DNA of 64,000 nucleotides. Origin: Candidatus Woesearchaeota archaeon (GTDB taxonomy: Archaea > Nanobdellota > Nanobdellia > Woesearchaeales > 0-14-0-80-44-23). The stretch lies in the NCBI GenBank assembly GCA_026394965.1, contig JAPLZQ010000103.1, positions 13,028-77,027 of the forward strand, in the 5' to 3' direction. Under the pieces are notes generated by a model that saw only the letters and a list, made by a program, of their open reading frames with translations, had not been told where the DNA came from and made no database searches. The position numbers were made by a program, and so were the translations under genes. Shown in pieces: positions 54,377-64,000 of this stretch (its first letter is position 1; every line of letters starts with the position of its first letter).

Positions 54377-55729
54377 CTAAAGAAGCTCCTTTTTTGCTGT
54401 CTCTGCAAGAGATTTTGCAATTGAATCTGTCTTTCTCTTATCTTTTCCTTCCACAAGTATGCGCAGAAGGTTTTCAGTTCCTGAATACCTTACAAATATC
54501 CTTCCGCTTCCTTTTAATTCCTTCTCAAATTTTTTCATCTGCATTGAGAATTTCGGCATTTCAGAAAATTGCTTCTTCTGGCTTACGGGAATATTCAGGA
54601 GTGTTTGGGGAAATTTCTTCATGCACTTCTTAAGTTCAGAAAGGTGCTTCTCATTTTTCTTCATAATTTTAAGAATCTGAAGCGCAGCTATTGTTCCATC
54701 ACCTGTTGTTGAGCTCTCAGTGTAGATTATGTGCCCTGACTGCTCTCCGCCAAGATTAAAGCCGCCTTTTTTCATCTCGTCAACAACATACCTGTCCCCA
54801 ACATCAGCCCTTATCATTTTTATGGCATTCTTTTTCATGAGAATCTCCAAGCCCATATTGCTCATATGGGTTGCAACAAGGGTGTTTTTTTTAAGCATGC
54901 CTTCCTTTTTAAGATAAAGGGCAGATATTGCCATAATCTCATCGCCGTCAACAAGAACGCCGTTCTCATCGCACAGAATAACCCTGTCAGCATCCCCGTC
55001 AAGCGCAACTCCCAAATCAGCATGGTATTTCTTCACAGCTGAAACCATAACTTCAGGATGAAGGGCTCCGCAGTCCTTGTTTATGTTGACTCCGGAAGGA
55101 TTGTTATTCAGGACAATGACATCGGCGCCAAGCTCTGAAAAGGTTTTTGGCGCTGTTTTGTATGCTGCGCCGTTTGCGCAGTCAAGCACAATCCTAAGCC
55201 CTGCAAAGGAAATGTTTTTAACAGAGGACTTTGCAAACTCAATGTATCTATCAGAGGCATCGTTAATACGATAAACCCTTCCAAGCTCAGATGGAGGAAC
55301 CTTAAAATTGATGTTTTCCGAGAAAACAAGATTTTCTATTTCTTCCTCAGCAGAATCAGGGAGCTTGAAGCCGTCCCCTGAGAAGAATTTTATCCCATTG
55401 TATTCTGAGGGGTTGTGCGATGCCGAGATTACAATGCCTGCATCAGCTGAAAAGCTCTTTGTGAGATGCGAAACAGCAGGTGTCGGCATTGGGCCAACTG
55501 CAATTACATCAGCTCCGGCAGAGCATAATCCTGCAATAATTGCGTTTTCAAAGATGTAGCATGAAAGCCTTGTGTCCTTTCCGACAACAATCCTGCTTTT
55601 CCTGTTTTTGCCCTCAAAATATTTTCCTGCAGCAAGCCCAAGCCTCAATGCAAGCTCTGCATTCATTGGATACTCATTTGCAATTCCCCTTATTCCATCT
55701 GTTCCAAAAAGCTTTCTCATTTCATGCAC
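54377..55729 (-). CDS. glmM: phosphoglucosamine mutase / phosphohexomutase
   Basis: FGTDGIRG at the N-terminus, the active-site SASHNP phosphoserine loop, and GDGDADR metal-binding. 450 aa. Confidence 0.8.
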   Translation of the reverse strand: MHEMRKLFGTDGIRGIANEYPMNAELALRLGLAAGKYFEGKNRKSRIVVGKDTRLSCYIFENAIIAGLCSAGADVIAVGPMPTPAVSHLTKSFSADAGIVISASHNPSEYNGIKFFSGDGFKLPDSAEEEIENLVFSENINFKVPPSELGRVYRINDASDRYIEFAKSSVKNISFAGLRIVLDCANGAAYKTAPKTFSELGADVIVLNNNPSGVNINKDCGALHPEVMVSAVKKYHADLGVALDGDADRVILCDENGVLVDGDEIMAISALYLKKEGMLKKNTLVATHMSNMGLEILMKKNAIKMIRADVGDRYVVDEMKKGGFNLGGEQSGHIIYTESSTTGDGTIAALQILKIMKKNEKHLSELKKCMKKFPQTLLNIPVSQKKQFSEMPKFSMQMKKFEKELKGSGRIFVRYSGTENLLRILVEGKDKRKTDSIAKSLAETAKKELL

Positions 55730-56373
55730 CTTTCAAGGAATTTCTTATTAATCTTTTTTCTGTCTCTGACAATAAAATCTGCCTCTGAAAAATCCTGGCA
55801 CTCGCTGTATGAATGGGGGACAGCAACGCACTTCATCCCGGCACGCTTTGCAGAAGAAACGCCGGAATGCGAATCCTCAAAAGCAATGCAGTCCTCAGGC
55901 TTAACCCCGAGCTTCTTTGCAGCAAGGAGATATATTTCAGGGTCCGGCTTCTTGCTCGCGACTTCATTTGAGGTAACCATTATTTCAAAGAATTCTGAAA
56001 TGCCTGTCTTTTCAAGCACCTTTTCAACAATCTCCGTTCTCGTGCTTGTGGCAAGAGCGAGCTTCAGCCCTTTATTCCTAAAAAACTTTATTGCATTAAC
56101 AAGGAAGGGGTTTGCCTTAATCTTTGAGCTTTTCAGGAGGGAGAGAAAAAACTTCCTTCTTTCAAGCACAACATTTTCAGAATCAGATTCCTTTCCAAGA
56201 GGGGAAAGCGCAATCCTGAATTTTTCAAGCTCATCCTTTCCTGTCCAGTTGCAGTACTGGGCCTTTGAAATCCTTATCCCGTATTTCTTCAGGGCAAAGT
56301 TGCTGGATTTGAGCCAGAGCGGCTCTGTCTTAACTAAAGTCCCGTCCATGTCAAAAATAACTGCCTTAATCAT
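55717..56373 (-). CDS. HAD-superfamily hydrolase (beta-phosphoglucomutase-like subfamily IA)
   Basis: MIKAVIFDMDGTLV (motif I DxDGT), then ATSTRT and FEDSHSGVSSAKRAGM motifs. 218 aa. Embedded in the glmS-glmM operon. Confidence 0.65.
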   Translation of the reverse strand: MIKAVIFDMDGTLVKTEPLWLKSSNFALKKYGIRISKAQYCNWTGKDELEKFRIALSPLGKESDSENVVLERRKFFLSLLKSSKIKANPFLVNAIKFFRNKGLKLALATSTRTEIVEKVLEKTGISEFFEIMVTSNEVASKKPDPEIYLLAAKKLGVKPEDCIAFEDSHSGVSSAKRAGMKCVAVPHSYSECQDFSEADFIVRDRKKINKKFLERCMK

Positions 56374-58134
56374 TCATTTCACCGTAACTGATTTTGCAAG
56401 GTTTCTCGGCTTGTCAGGGTCGCAGTTCCTAAGAAGCGCAAGGTAATATGAGAGAATCTGGATTGGGATTATTGAAAGGATTGGGCTGACAAAACCTGCA
56501 TCTGGAATTTTTATGAAATAGTCAAAAACCTTGCTTTCAACAGAGTCAATCCCGATTATAAATCCGCCCCTTGCAGAGATTTCCATAGCATTGCTGATTA
56601 TCTGCTTTCTCGTTCCCTTGTCTGAGAAGATTATCGCAGGAGTGCCTTTCTCAATTAAGGCGATTGTCCCGTGCTTTAATTCTCCACCTGCAAAACCCTC
56701 TGCGTGAATGTAGGAAACCTCCTTTATCTTAAGCGCGCCCTCAAGCGCAGTTGGATAGAAGGAATTCCTTCCAATTAAAAAGATATCCCTTTTTTCCTTA
56801 AGCTTTTCAGAAAGTTTGTGCAGGCTTTCCCTGTTTTCCCTTATAATTTCAGGAACAAGGGCTGCTGCCTTTGAAATAAGATTCTTTCCCTCCTCTGCCT
56901 TTCCTGCTGCTGAATATGAAAGAAGCGCAATTATTGCAAGCTCAGAAGTGTAGCTTTTTGTGGAAAGCACGCATATTTCAGGCCCGGCATTCATCATTAT
57001 TGTGTAATCAGAGAGCCGAGTAAGTGTTGAACCCATAACATTGACTATTCCTATCACTTTTGCCTTCCTTTTCCTCGCTGACTTGACAGCCTCAAGAACA
57101 TCTATTGTTTCCCCTGACTGCGAGACAGCTATAACAAGGGTTTTCTCATTGATAAATTCCTCAAAATTCGGAAATTCAGATGCCAGCACATAGTTAACAT
57201 GCTTTTTTGCAACATGAGAGAAGACATAAGAGGCAAAGATGCACGCGTGGTAGCTTGTCCCTGCGCCGATGAAGAATATGCCTGACGCTGAGTTAATCTC
57301 TTTTGAGACATTTTCAATAAGCCCTTTTTCCTGCGCAATTGCGTTCCTTATTGTGAATTTCTGCTCATCAATCTCCTTCATCATGAAGTGCTCATACTCG
57401 CCCTTGCTTGCCTGCTCAGGACTCCAGTCTATAACAGAAATTTCTTTCTTGATTTCTTTTCCGTCTGAATATCTCAGGAATCTCGGCTTTTTTTCAAGGA
57501 CAACCATATCGCCGTCATCAAGGAAAACCGCTTTGTTGGTGAATTCCAGAAAAGCTGTAACATCTGAACCGATGAAGTAATTTTCTTTTTTCTCATCAAT
57601 CCCGAAAACCATTGGGGAACCGTTCCTTGCACCCACAAGAGTGTCATTGCATTCAGCAACTATTGCAAAACAGCCCTCAATTGAATTGAAAGCAAGCCTG
57701 CAGGCTTCTGTAAAATCATTGCCTTCCTTCATGAATTCCTGAATTAGGTTTGGAACTGTCTCTGTGTCTGTCTCGCTCCTGAAGAAATAGCCCTTTTCAA
57801 TTAGAGTGTCTTTTAATTCCTGGTAATTCTCAATTATTCCGTTATGAAGGACTGCAATCTTGTTGTTGTTTGAAAGATGAGGATGGGCATTTTCAACAGT
57901 AACTCCGCCGTGAGTTGCCCACCTTGTGTGCCCCATGGCAATTTTGGAAACTGTTTTCTCAATTGAGAAATCCCCTATCCGCCCAACCTTCCTTATAAGA
58001 TTAAACCCGTCTTTACCCGGGTATGCAATCCCGAATGAGTCATAGCCGCGGTATTCAAGGCGCTTCAGCCCGTCAACAATAACTGAATTCACGTCCAATC
58101 CTTCCTGCGACTTAAAAGCGATTATCCCGCACAT
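56374..58134 (-). CDS. glmS: glutamine--fructose-6-phosphate aminotransferase (isomerising)
   Basis: MCGIIAF is the N-terminal nucleophile Cys2 of class II amidotransferases. It has two SIS domains and the C-terminal ...KPRNLAKSVTVK. 586 aa. Confidence 0.9.
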   Translation of the reverse strand: MCGIIAFKSQEGLDVNSVIVDGLKRLEYRGYDSFGIAYPGKDGFNLIRKVGRIGDFSIEKTVSKIAMGHTRWATHGGVTVENAHPHLSNNNKIAVLHNGIIENYQELKDTLIEKGYFFRSETDTETVPNLIQEFMKEGNDFTEACRLAFNSIEGCFAIVAECNDTLVGARNGSPMVFGIDEKKENYFIGSDVTAFLEFTNKAVFLDDGDMVVLEKKPRFLRYSDGKEIKKEISVIDWSPEQASKGEYEHFMMKEIDEQKFTIRNAIAQEKGLIENVSKEINSASGIFFIGAGTSYHACIFASYVFSHVAKKHVNYVLASEFPNFEEFINEKTLVIAVSQSGETIDVLEAVKSARKRKAKVIGIVNVMGSTLTRLSDYTIMMNAGPEICVLSTKSYTSELAIIALLSYSAAGKAEEGKNLISKAAALVPEIIRENRESLHKLSEKLKEKRDIFLIGRNSFYPTALEGALKIKEVSYIHAEGFAGGELKHGTIALIEKGTPAIIFSDKGTRKQIISNAMEISARGGFIIGIDSVESKVFDYFIKIPDAGFVSPILSIIPIQILSYYLALLRNCDPDKPRNLAKSVTVK

Positions 58135-58284
58135 TATTGCACCTCTCTATCTGAAAAACAAGAAAAAGGGGGAGGAGAAGGCAGTATTTAAATATTATTA
58201 AAAAATTTATAATACCATTATAAAAATATTTATAATACTCTTTTCAGCAAAAAGAATAAATCCTGGAACGCATTTAACCTTCCT

Positions 58285-58875
58285 ATGAAGCCGGAATCAA
58301 GGATTCTTGGGGTTGATGACAGCCCTTTTGACAAGTTCGGGAAAAAAAGAAATGTCCTCATAGTTGGAACCCTCTACCGCGGAGGGAATTTCCTGGACGG
58401 AGTTGTCTCAACTCAGGCAGAGATAGACGGAGCAGATGGAACTAAAAAAATAGGGAATATGATTACGGGGACAAAATTCTTCCCTCAGATAAGAGCGGTA
58501 TTCCTGAAAGGGATTGCAGTTGCTGGATTCAATGTGATTGACATAAATGAGCTCTCCAAAAAAACAGGAATTCCAGTGATTGTTGTGATGAGAAAATACC
58601 CTGACATTCCAGGAATAAAAAAGGCGCTTTCCAATCTTAAAGACAGAGGGAAAAGATTTGCGCTCATAAGAAAAGCAGGGAAGATAAGCAGGGCAAAGGT
58701 TTTTTACAGAGGAAAGGAAAACACCTTGTTCCTGCAAATCGCAGGGACAACCTTGAAAGATGCGCAATCCTTCCTGAAAATCAGCTGCACCCACTCAATA
58801 ATTCCCGAGCCATTAAGGACTGCGCACATAATCGCGTCTGGAATTGTGCTTGGGGAAAGCAGGGGAAGGGCGTAA
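58285..58875 (+). CDS. UPF0215/DUF99-family protein
   Basis: MKPESRILGVDDSPFDKF matches the conserved N-terminus of the archaeal UPF0215 family. 196 aa. C-terminal tail PEPLRTAHIIASGIVLGESRGRA. Confidence 0.45.
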   Translation: MKPESRILGVDDSPFDKFGKKRNVLIVGTLYRGGNFLDGVVSTQAEIDGADGTKKIGNMITGTKFFPQIRAVFLKGIAVAGFNVIDINELSKKTGIPVIVVMRKYPDIPGIKKALSNLKDRGKRFALIRKAGKISRAKVFYRGKENTLFLQIAGTTLKDAQSFLKISCTHSIIPEPLRTAHIIASGIVLGESRGRA

Positions 58876-58922
58876 ATTCCAAACAAGAAAAAATATTTAC
58901 AATTTAAATTAGAAAAATAAAA

Positions 58923-60842
58923 TTATACAATATCCACGTCTTTTATGCAGTTCTGGATTATGTTCTGGCAGTCATCCATCACAGTAATGAGATTCCTGTC
59001 ATTTGCCGCATTCCTTATCTGCCCAATCCTGTCTAAAATCTGCCTGAAAAACCTCATGACATCCCCTTCGAGCATTGTCGTGTTCTTTATCACTTCAAAA
59101 ATTGATTCCCCTTTGTATGCCGGATAAATCAGGGAAGTCATCTCGTTGAAATAATTAAAGCGCCTGTCCTTTTTCATGAATCCCTTATCAATAAGTATTC
59201 TTCTCAGTGCAGCCACATCCTTTGACTTAACCTCGTTTTCAAACTCTGTCTTTTCAGATGCCTCATTGCATATGCATGCAAGCACAATCAGGATTTGGTA
59301 TTCATTAAGGGACTTGTAAAAGTCAGTTGCGAAAATCTCCCCGAAAAGAATCTCGTCAGCGTAAATCCTTGATGAAAACTCGCCCTTCTCAGTTAATTCA
59401 TTTCCGTCTATGTAGCCGAGGCGCTCAAGCTTGCTTTTTATGTTTTCAAACGCCCTATGACTTCTCTTGTTCTTTATCTCAGCATAATCCATCCCGTATT
59501 TCTGGAATGAGTTGAAGCTCTTGCAGAGGATTTCCTGAATCTCATCAGGGGGATGGTTCTTTATGAGATTAAGAACTGTATTCACTGAAAGCCTGAACTG
59601 CGAGACAATAGGCTCCTTGTCCTCATCTGTGATTTGTCTTAATTTCCCATAGTCAAAATCGCGCCTGTCAATCATTGCAAATGCAAATCCTTCCTTATCA
59701 ATGCCTCTCCTTCCGGCTCTTCCTGAAATCTGGAAGTATTCCTTTGAATAGAGAAACCGAAAATTTATCCCGTCAAATTTTCTCATGGAGTCAAAGCAAA
59801 CTGACTTTGCAGGCATGTTGATTCCAACTGCAAAGGTTTCAGTCACATAGAGAACTTTTATCATTCCCTTTCCGAAAAGTTCCTCAATCATCTCCTTAAT
59901 CACGGGAAGTTCTCCTGCGTGGTGAAACCCAATTCCATATGGAAGGGTTTCTCTGAGAATCTTAGTTGACTCAAGCTGGCTTATCTCAGGAGGGGCTGAT
60001 GCTAATTTCTGCCTTATTATTGAAGTAATCTCAGCATTTGGAGGAAAAAGATGCTCTTTTGAAAGGGCAAGTGCGTTCTGCTGGCAGAGGTTTCTTGAGA
60101 ATGTGAAAAACAGGCAGGGAAGCTTGTCCTTGATTTCCCTGATTAATGCGATGTGATTCGGCTTTTTTACCTTTTCCCTTTGCCCTTTGTGGCGCATTGC
60201 ATGATGATATTCAGGAATGTCTGCTATGTCATTTATCTCATCAAGAGAGCATATTCCCAGTTGGGCATCGTAAAAATAGCGCTTAAGGGGAACTGGTCTT
60301 ACTGTGTGCTTTATCACAACAACCTTATGGTTGCTTATTGCCTGAATCCATGCTGCGAACTCCTCTGCATTTGGGATTGTTGCAGAAAGGCATAGGAATC
60401 TAACGTGAGATGCAGAGAAGATTATTGACTCCTCCCACACATAGCCGCGCTCAACATCATTTATGTAGTGAATCTCATCAAAAATCACATAGGAAACATC
60501 CTTTATCAAATCATCTCCTGAAAGCACCATGTTCCTGTAAATCTCAGTAGTCATTATCAGAATCTGCCCTTTTGGATTGATTACAATGTCCCCTGTCAAA
60601 AGCCCGACAGCATCTTCCCCGTAATCTGCTGAGAATTCGCGGTATTTCTGGTTGGAAAGCGCTTTTATCGGCGCTGTATAAATGACTTTTATTCCCTTTT
60701 TTATGTCCCTGTTGATTATGTAGTCAGCAATCAGGGTCTTTCCTGAGCCAGTTGGCGCAGAAACAACAACAGAATTATTGCTCTCAATTGCCTCAATTGC
60801 ATCTTCCTGGAATTTGTCTAAAGTGAGCCCCTTATACTGCAT
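58923..60842 (-). CDS. Ski2-like DExH-box ATP-dependent helicase
   Basis: Motif I APTGSGKT, motif II DEIHY, motif III SAT, motif VI QISGRAGRRG. A C-terminal helical/winged-helix region follows. 639 aa. Confidence 0.75.
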   Translation of the reverse strand: MQYKGLTLDKFQEDAIEAIESNNSVVVSAPTGSGKTLIADYIINRDIKKGIKVIYTAPIKALSNQKYREFSADYGEDAVGLLTGDIVINPKGQILIMTTEIYRNMVLSGDDLIKDVSYVIFDEIHYINDVERGYVWEESIIFSASHVRFLCLSATIPNAEEFAAWIQAISNHKVVVIKHTVRPVPLKRYFYDAQLGICSLDEINDIADIPEYHHAMRHKGQREKVKKPNHIALIREIKDKLPCLFFTFSRNLCQQNALALSKEHLFPPNAEITSIIRQKLASAPPEISQLESTKILRETLPYGIGFHHAGELPVIKEMIEELFGKGMIKVLYVTETFAVGINMPAKSVCFDSMRKFDGINFRFLYSKEYFQISGRAGRRGIDKEGFAFAMIDRRDFDYGKLRQITDEDKEPIVSQFRLSVNTVLNLIKNHPPDEIQEILCKSFNSFQKYGMDYAEIKNKRSHRAFENIKSKLERLGYIDGNELTEKGEFSSRIYADEILFGEIFATDFYKSLNEYQILIVLACICNEASEKTEFENEVKSKDVAALRRILIDKGFMKKDRRFNYFNEMTSLIYPAYKGESIFEVIKNTTMLEGDVMRFFRQILDRIGQIRNAANDRNLITVMDDCQNIIQNCIKDVDIV

Positions 60843-60945
60843 GGCAGGGGAAAAGAAGGCGCCTGTTTAAAATCTTTCGGAAAAAAAAGATTGCCAACAA
60901 TAAAGTTTATTAACAAGCGCATCAGATTCAACTGCTGGTGCATAG

Positions 60946-61686
60946 ATGGAGATTTCTGTAATAGCTTCAGGAAGCAACGGCAACTGCTGTATCGTGGAAG
61001 AGAAAGGGACAAGCATCATGATAGATGCCGGAAAGAGCATAAAAGAGATAGAAAAGAGGATGAACAAACTTGGGAAGAGCATTGAAAACCTGAATGCAAT
61101 CCTTTTAACGCACTCTCATATAGACCACTCTATGTCTGCTGGGGCAATTTCAAGAAGGTTCAAAATTCCCCTTTATCTCACAAGCGAGACATACAAGGAG
61201 ATTTCAGGAACCCTTCACAATGCAGAAATCAAGAGATTCTCAGCCAAAAGCCACTTTCACATAAACGGAGTTGCAATAAAGCCAGTTGAAACATCACACG
61301 ATGTCCCAACCTGCGGATTTGTAATCGGGAATTTCGGGATTTTCACAGACACCGGGATTGCAACAGATGGAATGAAAGAATCAATTCCCAATCTCAAGGG
61401 AGTTTTGCTTGAATCAAACCATGACATTGACATGCTCATAAACGGTCCATACCCTCCATACCTGAAATACAGGATTCTTTCCTCCCATGGGCACCTGAAC
61501 AACATAGTCGCAAGCCAGCTTTTGGAAGACAAGGGAAAGGGGCTTTCTTTTGCGCTTCTCGGGCACCTTTCAGAAATTAACAACTCTCCGAAAATTGCGC
61601 ATGAAACATTTGAGACAATTGTCAGGAAAAAGATTGAATGCGCTGTATGCTCAAGGGAAAAAGAAACAGGCGTTTGGGAATTATGA
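60946..61686 (+). CDS. metallo-beta-lactamase-fold hydrolase
   Basis: LLTHSHIDHSMSAG (HxHxDH), downstream His/Asp ligands (ESNHD, GHLS). 246 aa. Confidence 0.65.
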   Translation: MEISVIASGSNGNCCIVEEKGTSIMIDAGKSIKEIEKRMNKLGKSIENLNAILLTHSHIDHSMSAGAISRRFKIPLYLTSETYKEISGTLHNAEIKRFSAKSHFHINGVAIKPVETSHDVPTCGFVIGNFGIFTDTGIATDGMKESIPNLKGVLLESNHDIDMLINGPYPPYLKYRILSSHGHLNNIVASQLLEDKGKGLSFALLGHLSEINNSPKIAHETFETIVRKKIECAVCSREKETGVWEL

Positions 61687-61689
61687 GGA

Positions 61690-63315
61690 TTATGCTTTTC
61701 TCCTGCTTTCCCCTTTAATGAGCCCTGATGCGAGTATGTGCGCTGCCTGAAGCGGCTCTGATATTGCAGGATGCGCGCATTCTTTTTCTCCCATCTTCTC
61801 GTTTGCAGAATAAAGCAAATCCTCTGCGTCTCTTTGTATCAGGATTGGAAGGTTCTTTGTGTCAAGCCCTGCGATAACCGCATCTTTGGTTTTTAGCTCA
61901 GATATACCTCTGTTTGCGAGCTGCGTAGGGTCCAGGAAATAAATGTCCGTGCTCAAATCCATGTTTATGTGCACTGCCTGAATGTAGGAATGTCTATAGT
62001 CGCTTATGTTGTCTTCTTCAACCCCGAATTTCCAGTTTGCGAATTTCTCCGGCTGCATAGGAATTAAGTATTCCCTAAGATAATGCAGTGCAAGAGCAGT
62101 GTAGTCAGTGCATTTTCCAGTCACTTCTTCGCTTTTTTTCCCAGAGAATATGTCTTTGATTGTATCCTCTAATTTTTTGTATTTTGTTATGACATTTCTT
62201 GCAAAATATGCTGAAAGCACCAGCGCCTCTCCGACAGAGTATTCTGAAAGCGGCTTGTTTATTCCTGAGGTGAGCCCTTTTTTCTCTTCGTCGCTCGCAA
62301 GTATCTTTGCAGTTATCTCTGATGCGAGCCGCACAAATCTTTCCCTTGATTTTATCGGAAGAAGCCTATCAACATCATCATATGTTGTCCCCTTAATCTC
62401 TGAAAGCAATGACATTTTTATTTTTCTTTTCAGGCTCTCGTTTGGATTAAGAGTTTCTATTTCGCCTGTTGCCTCATTCGGCTTTTCATTTCCAGTGTAG
62501 TCAAGAAGGGTTGAAAGGTCTTTTATCCTGGCTTTTCCAACGGTTTCAAGAGCAGTCAAGTATGAGAATCTTACAAACTCAAGCCCACTTATTGCTTTCT
62601 TCTTCCCATCTTCGCTTATTTCAGGAAGCTCGGATATAAATCTCACAATTTCATTGTAATTTGAGAGAAAGTCAAGCGGTTCAAAGCTTATACCAGTATA
62701 AGTATACCAAGTCTTATTTATATGCGTAAGGGTGGTTGCCTCAACCATTATTTTATGAGCTTCAATCATTTTCTTATGTGCCTCAACATCTTTTTCTTTT
62801 GGGTCAAGAAGGTTATTCAGGTGAAAATTGAAAGCGCCGTTCTGTTGGTTTATCCAAGAATTGCCAACTGCATCGTTTAATACTTTATTGATGCCTGAAA
62901 AGTTAAGCCCCAGCGGGAAATTCAGAAATCCTTTGTCCAGCTTGTGCATGTATTCTGCAGGATGCGCCTGAAGCTCAGCCATTGTGATTATTGGAGAATC
63001 ATACCCTCTTTCAAGCGAGGGAGAAAATCTCTTAAAGTCATATCTCTCAACTACATCAGCTGCCTTTAGCGCAGATAATGCTGCCTCTTTTGAGTTTTCA
63101 GTAATCGTTATATTCATACTTGCAAGAAAATCATTTGCTTCAGAGCCCAATTCTGCCTGGGCAACACTTCTTTCAACAACGCTTTTTACTAGCGCCTTTT
63201 TGCTTTCAGCGTCTATAACTTTTGCTTCAAGATCTGCCTTTCCGCTTATCATGATAGACACTTTGTTTTCGAGTTCGTCTATTCCGAGCATTTTTTTTAT
63301 CCATTTTCCTATCAT
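61690..63315 (-). CDS. hypothetical 541 aa protein whose C-terminal 23 aa match the DUF99 protein tail
   Basis: No recognisable catalytic motif. The C-terminal tail is SEPLQAAHILASGLIKGESRRKA. Confidence 0.4.
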   Translation of the reverse strand: MIGKWIKKMLGIDELENKVSIMISGKADLEAKVIDAESKKALVKSVVERSVAQAELGSEANDFLASMNITITENSKEAALSALKAADVVERYDFKRFSPSLERGYDSPIITMAELQAHPAEYMHKLDKGFLNFPLGLNFSGINKVLNDAVGNSWINQQNGAFNFHLNNLLDPKEKDVEAHKKMIEAHKIMVEATTLTHINKTWYTYTGISFEPLDFLSNYNEIVRFISELPEISEDGKKKAISGLEFVRFSYLTALETVGKARIKDLSTLLDYTGNEKPNEATGEIETLNPNESLKRKIKMSLLSEIKGTTYDDVDRLLPIKSRERFVRLASEITAKILASDEEKKGLTSGINKPLSEYSVGEALVLSAYFARNVITKYKKLEDTIKDIFSGKKSEEVTGKCTDYTALALHYLREYLIPMQPEKFANWKFGVEEDNISDYRHSYIQAVHINMDLSTDIYFLDPTQLANRGISELKTKDAVIAGLDTKNLPILIQRDAEDLLYSANEKMGEKECAHPAISEPLQAAHILASGLIKGESRRKA

Positions 63316-63566
63316 GGAAGAACAAGAGAACTCTCATTCTTTATAAACTTTTCGTTACTAATCAGTAGTTATAATTACTTTTCAACCATTAAAACTGCCT
63401 TGCCTGATTCGCCAATTAAGCGCAAATCTCCGCCTTTTAACATGTTAATTACAGAATTCGTTTTTCTCCTTATCTTCTAAGAAATGGTTTACCCGTAATA
63501 CAGTTTTCCTTCTGCTTTCTGCTCCCTGTCTTTTCTGAACTCTTCCTTGTTTAAAATATGTCTAAT

Positions 63567-63854
63567 TTAGCACTCCCAATGATGAGGATAGGATAAAAGC
63601 CCATATTCTTCGCCTGCATTTCCTTTTAATACAAAAAAGGGCCATTCTTTCAATCTGCAATCAAAGAACCTTTTTCCATTTTTATCCATCAGAGTAGCGC
63701 TGAAGAAATATTTGCCGGTAAGAAGAGGTGACTTGTCTATTACAAACTTAATCTTGCCTTTGCCTTTTATTTCAGGAATAATCATTCCAGAAGAAATTGT
63801 GTTCTGTCCAAAGAGATAAGCACCGTCTTCAGAGTGTATTGCAATTCCAAACAT
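63567..63854 (-). CDS. hypothetical protein (may be part of a longer gene continuing beyond the window end)
   Basis: 95 aa ORF. Coding-like sequence continues on the minus strand to 64000. Confidence 0.2.
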   Translation of the reverse strand: MFGIAIHSEDGAYLFGQNTISSGMIIPEIKGKGKIKFVIDKSPLLTGKYFFSATLMDKNGKRFFDCRLKEWPFFVLKGNAGEEYGLLSYPHHWEC

Positions 63855-64000
63855 TGGATACTTTATTTTTTCTCTTGCATTATAATTGATTTCTGCGATG
63901 AACGGGGCGTTTGTCTTAAATTTTTGAGTGCCAGAAGAAGATAATTTTACTGATTCTATCCGCGCTTTATCTAAACCTGTTGCCTTTCTAAAACCGCATT

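Overview
This window looks like an archaeal chromosome of moderate-to-low GC, probably from an uncultivated DPANN-like lineage. The call rests on two FtsZ paralogs, Topo VI A and B, ribosomal proteins S3Ae, L44e, S15 and L11, SecE-Spt5-L11, Kae1, RIO kinase, diphthine synthase, a PAC2-like protein and three tRNAs, one with an intron. Housekeeping content is dense and includes a glmS-HAD-glmM-glmU UDP-GlcNAc operon on the minus strand, ArgRS, an archaeal-type Dtd, TrmI, a Ski2-like helicase and a RecJ/GAN-like DHH protein. The standout is a roughly 13 kb same-strand operon at 35.3-48.5 kb. It holds a MoxR-family AAA+ ATPase, a vWA protein with a complete MIDAS fused to an HExxH zincin-like N-terminal region, and nine tandem diversified paralogs of an unrecognised cytoplasmic protein family. 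Each paralog has a conserved N-terminal GIEKREKKE-like motif, a central Gly/Asn-rich periodic repeat region of about 22-24 aa, and a C-terminal helix. An AT-rich segment with atypical codon usage and an array of palindromic repeats lies upstream. A tRNA-Arg followed by a 16 bp direct repeat of its own 3' end lies downstream, which is an att-like scar. No integrase, transposase or CRISPR array was seen. There is also a recurrent nested-palindrome intergenic element with two full and two partial copies, an L11 carrying an unusual roughly 110 aa C-terminal extension, and an identical C-terminal 23 aa tail shared by two unrelated proteins. Hand-derived coordinates may be off by 1.
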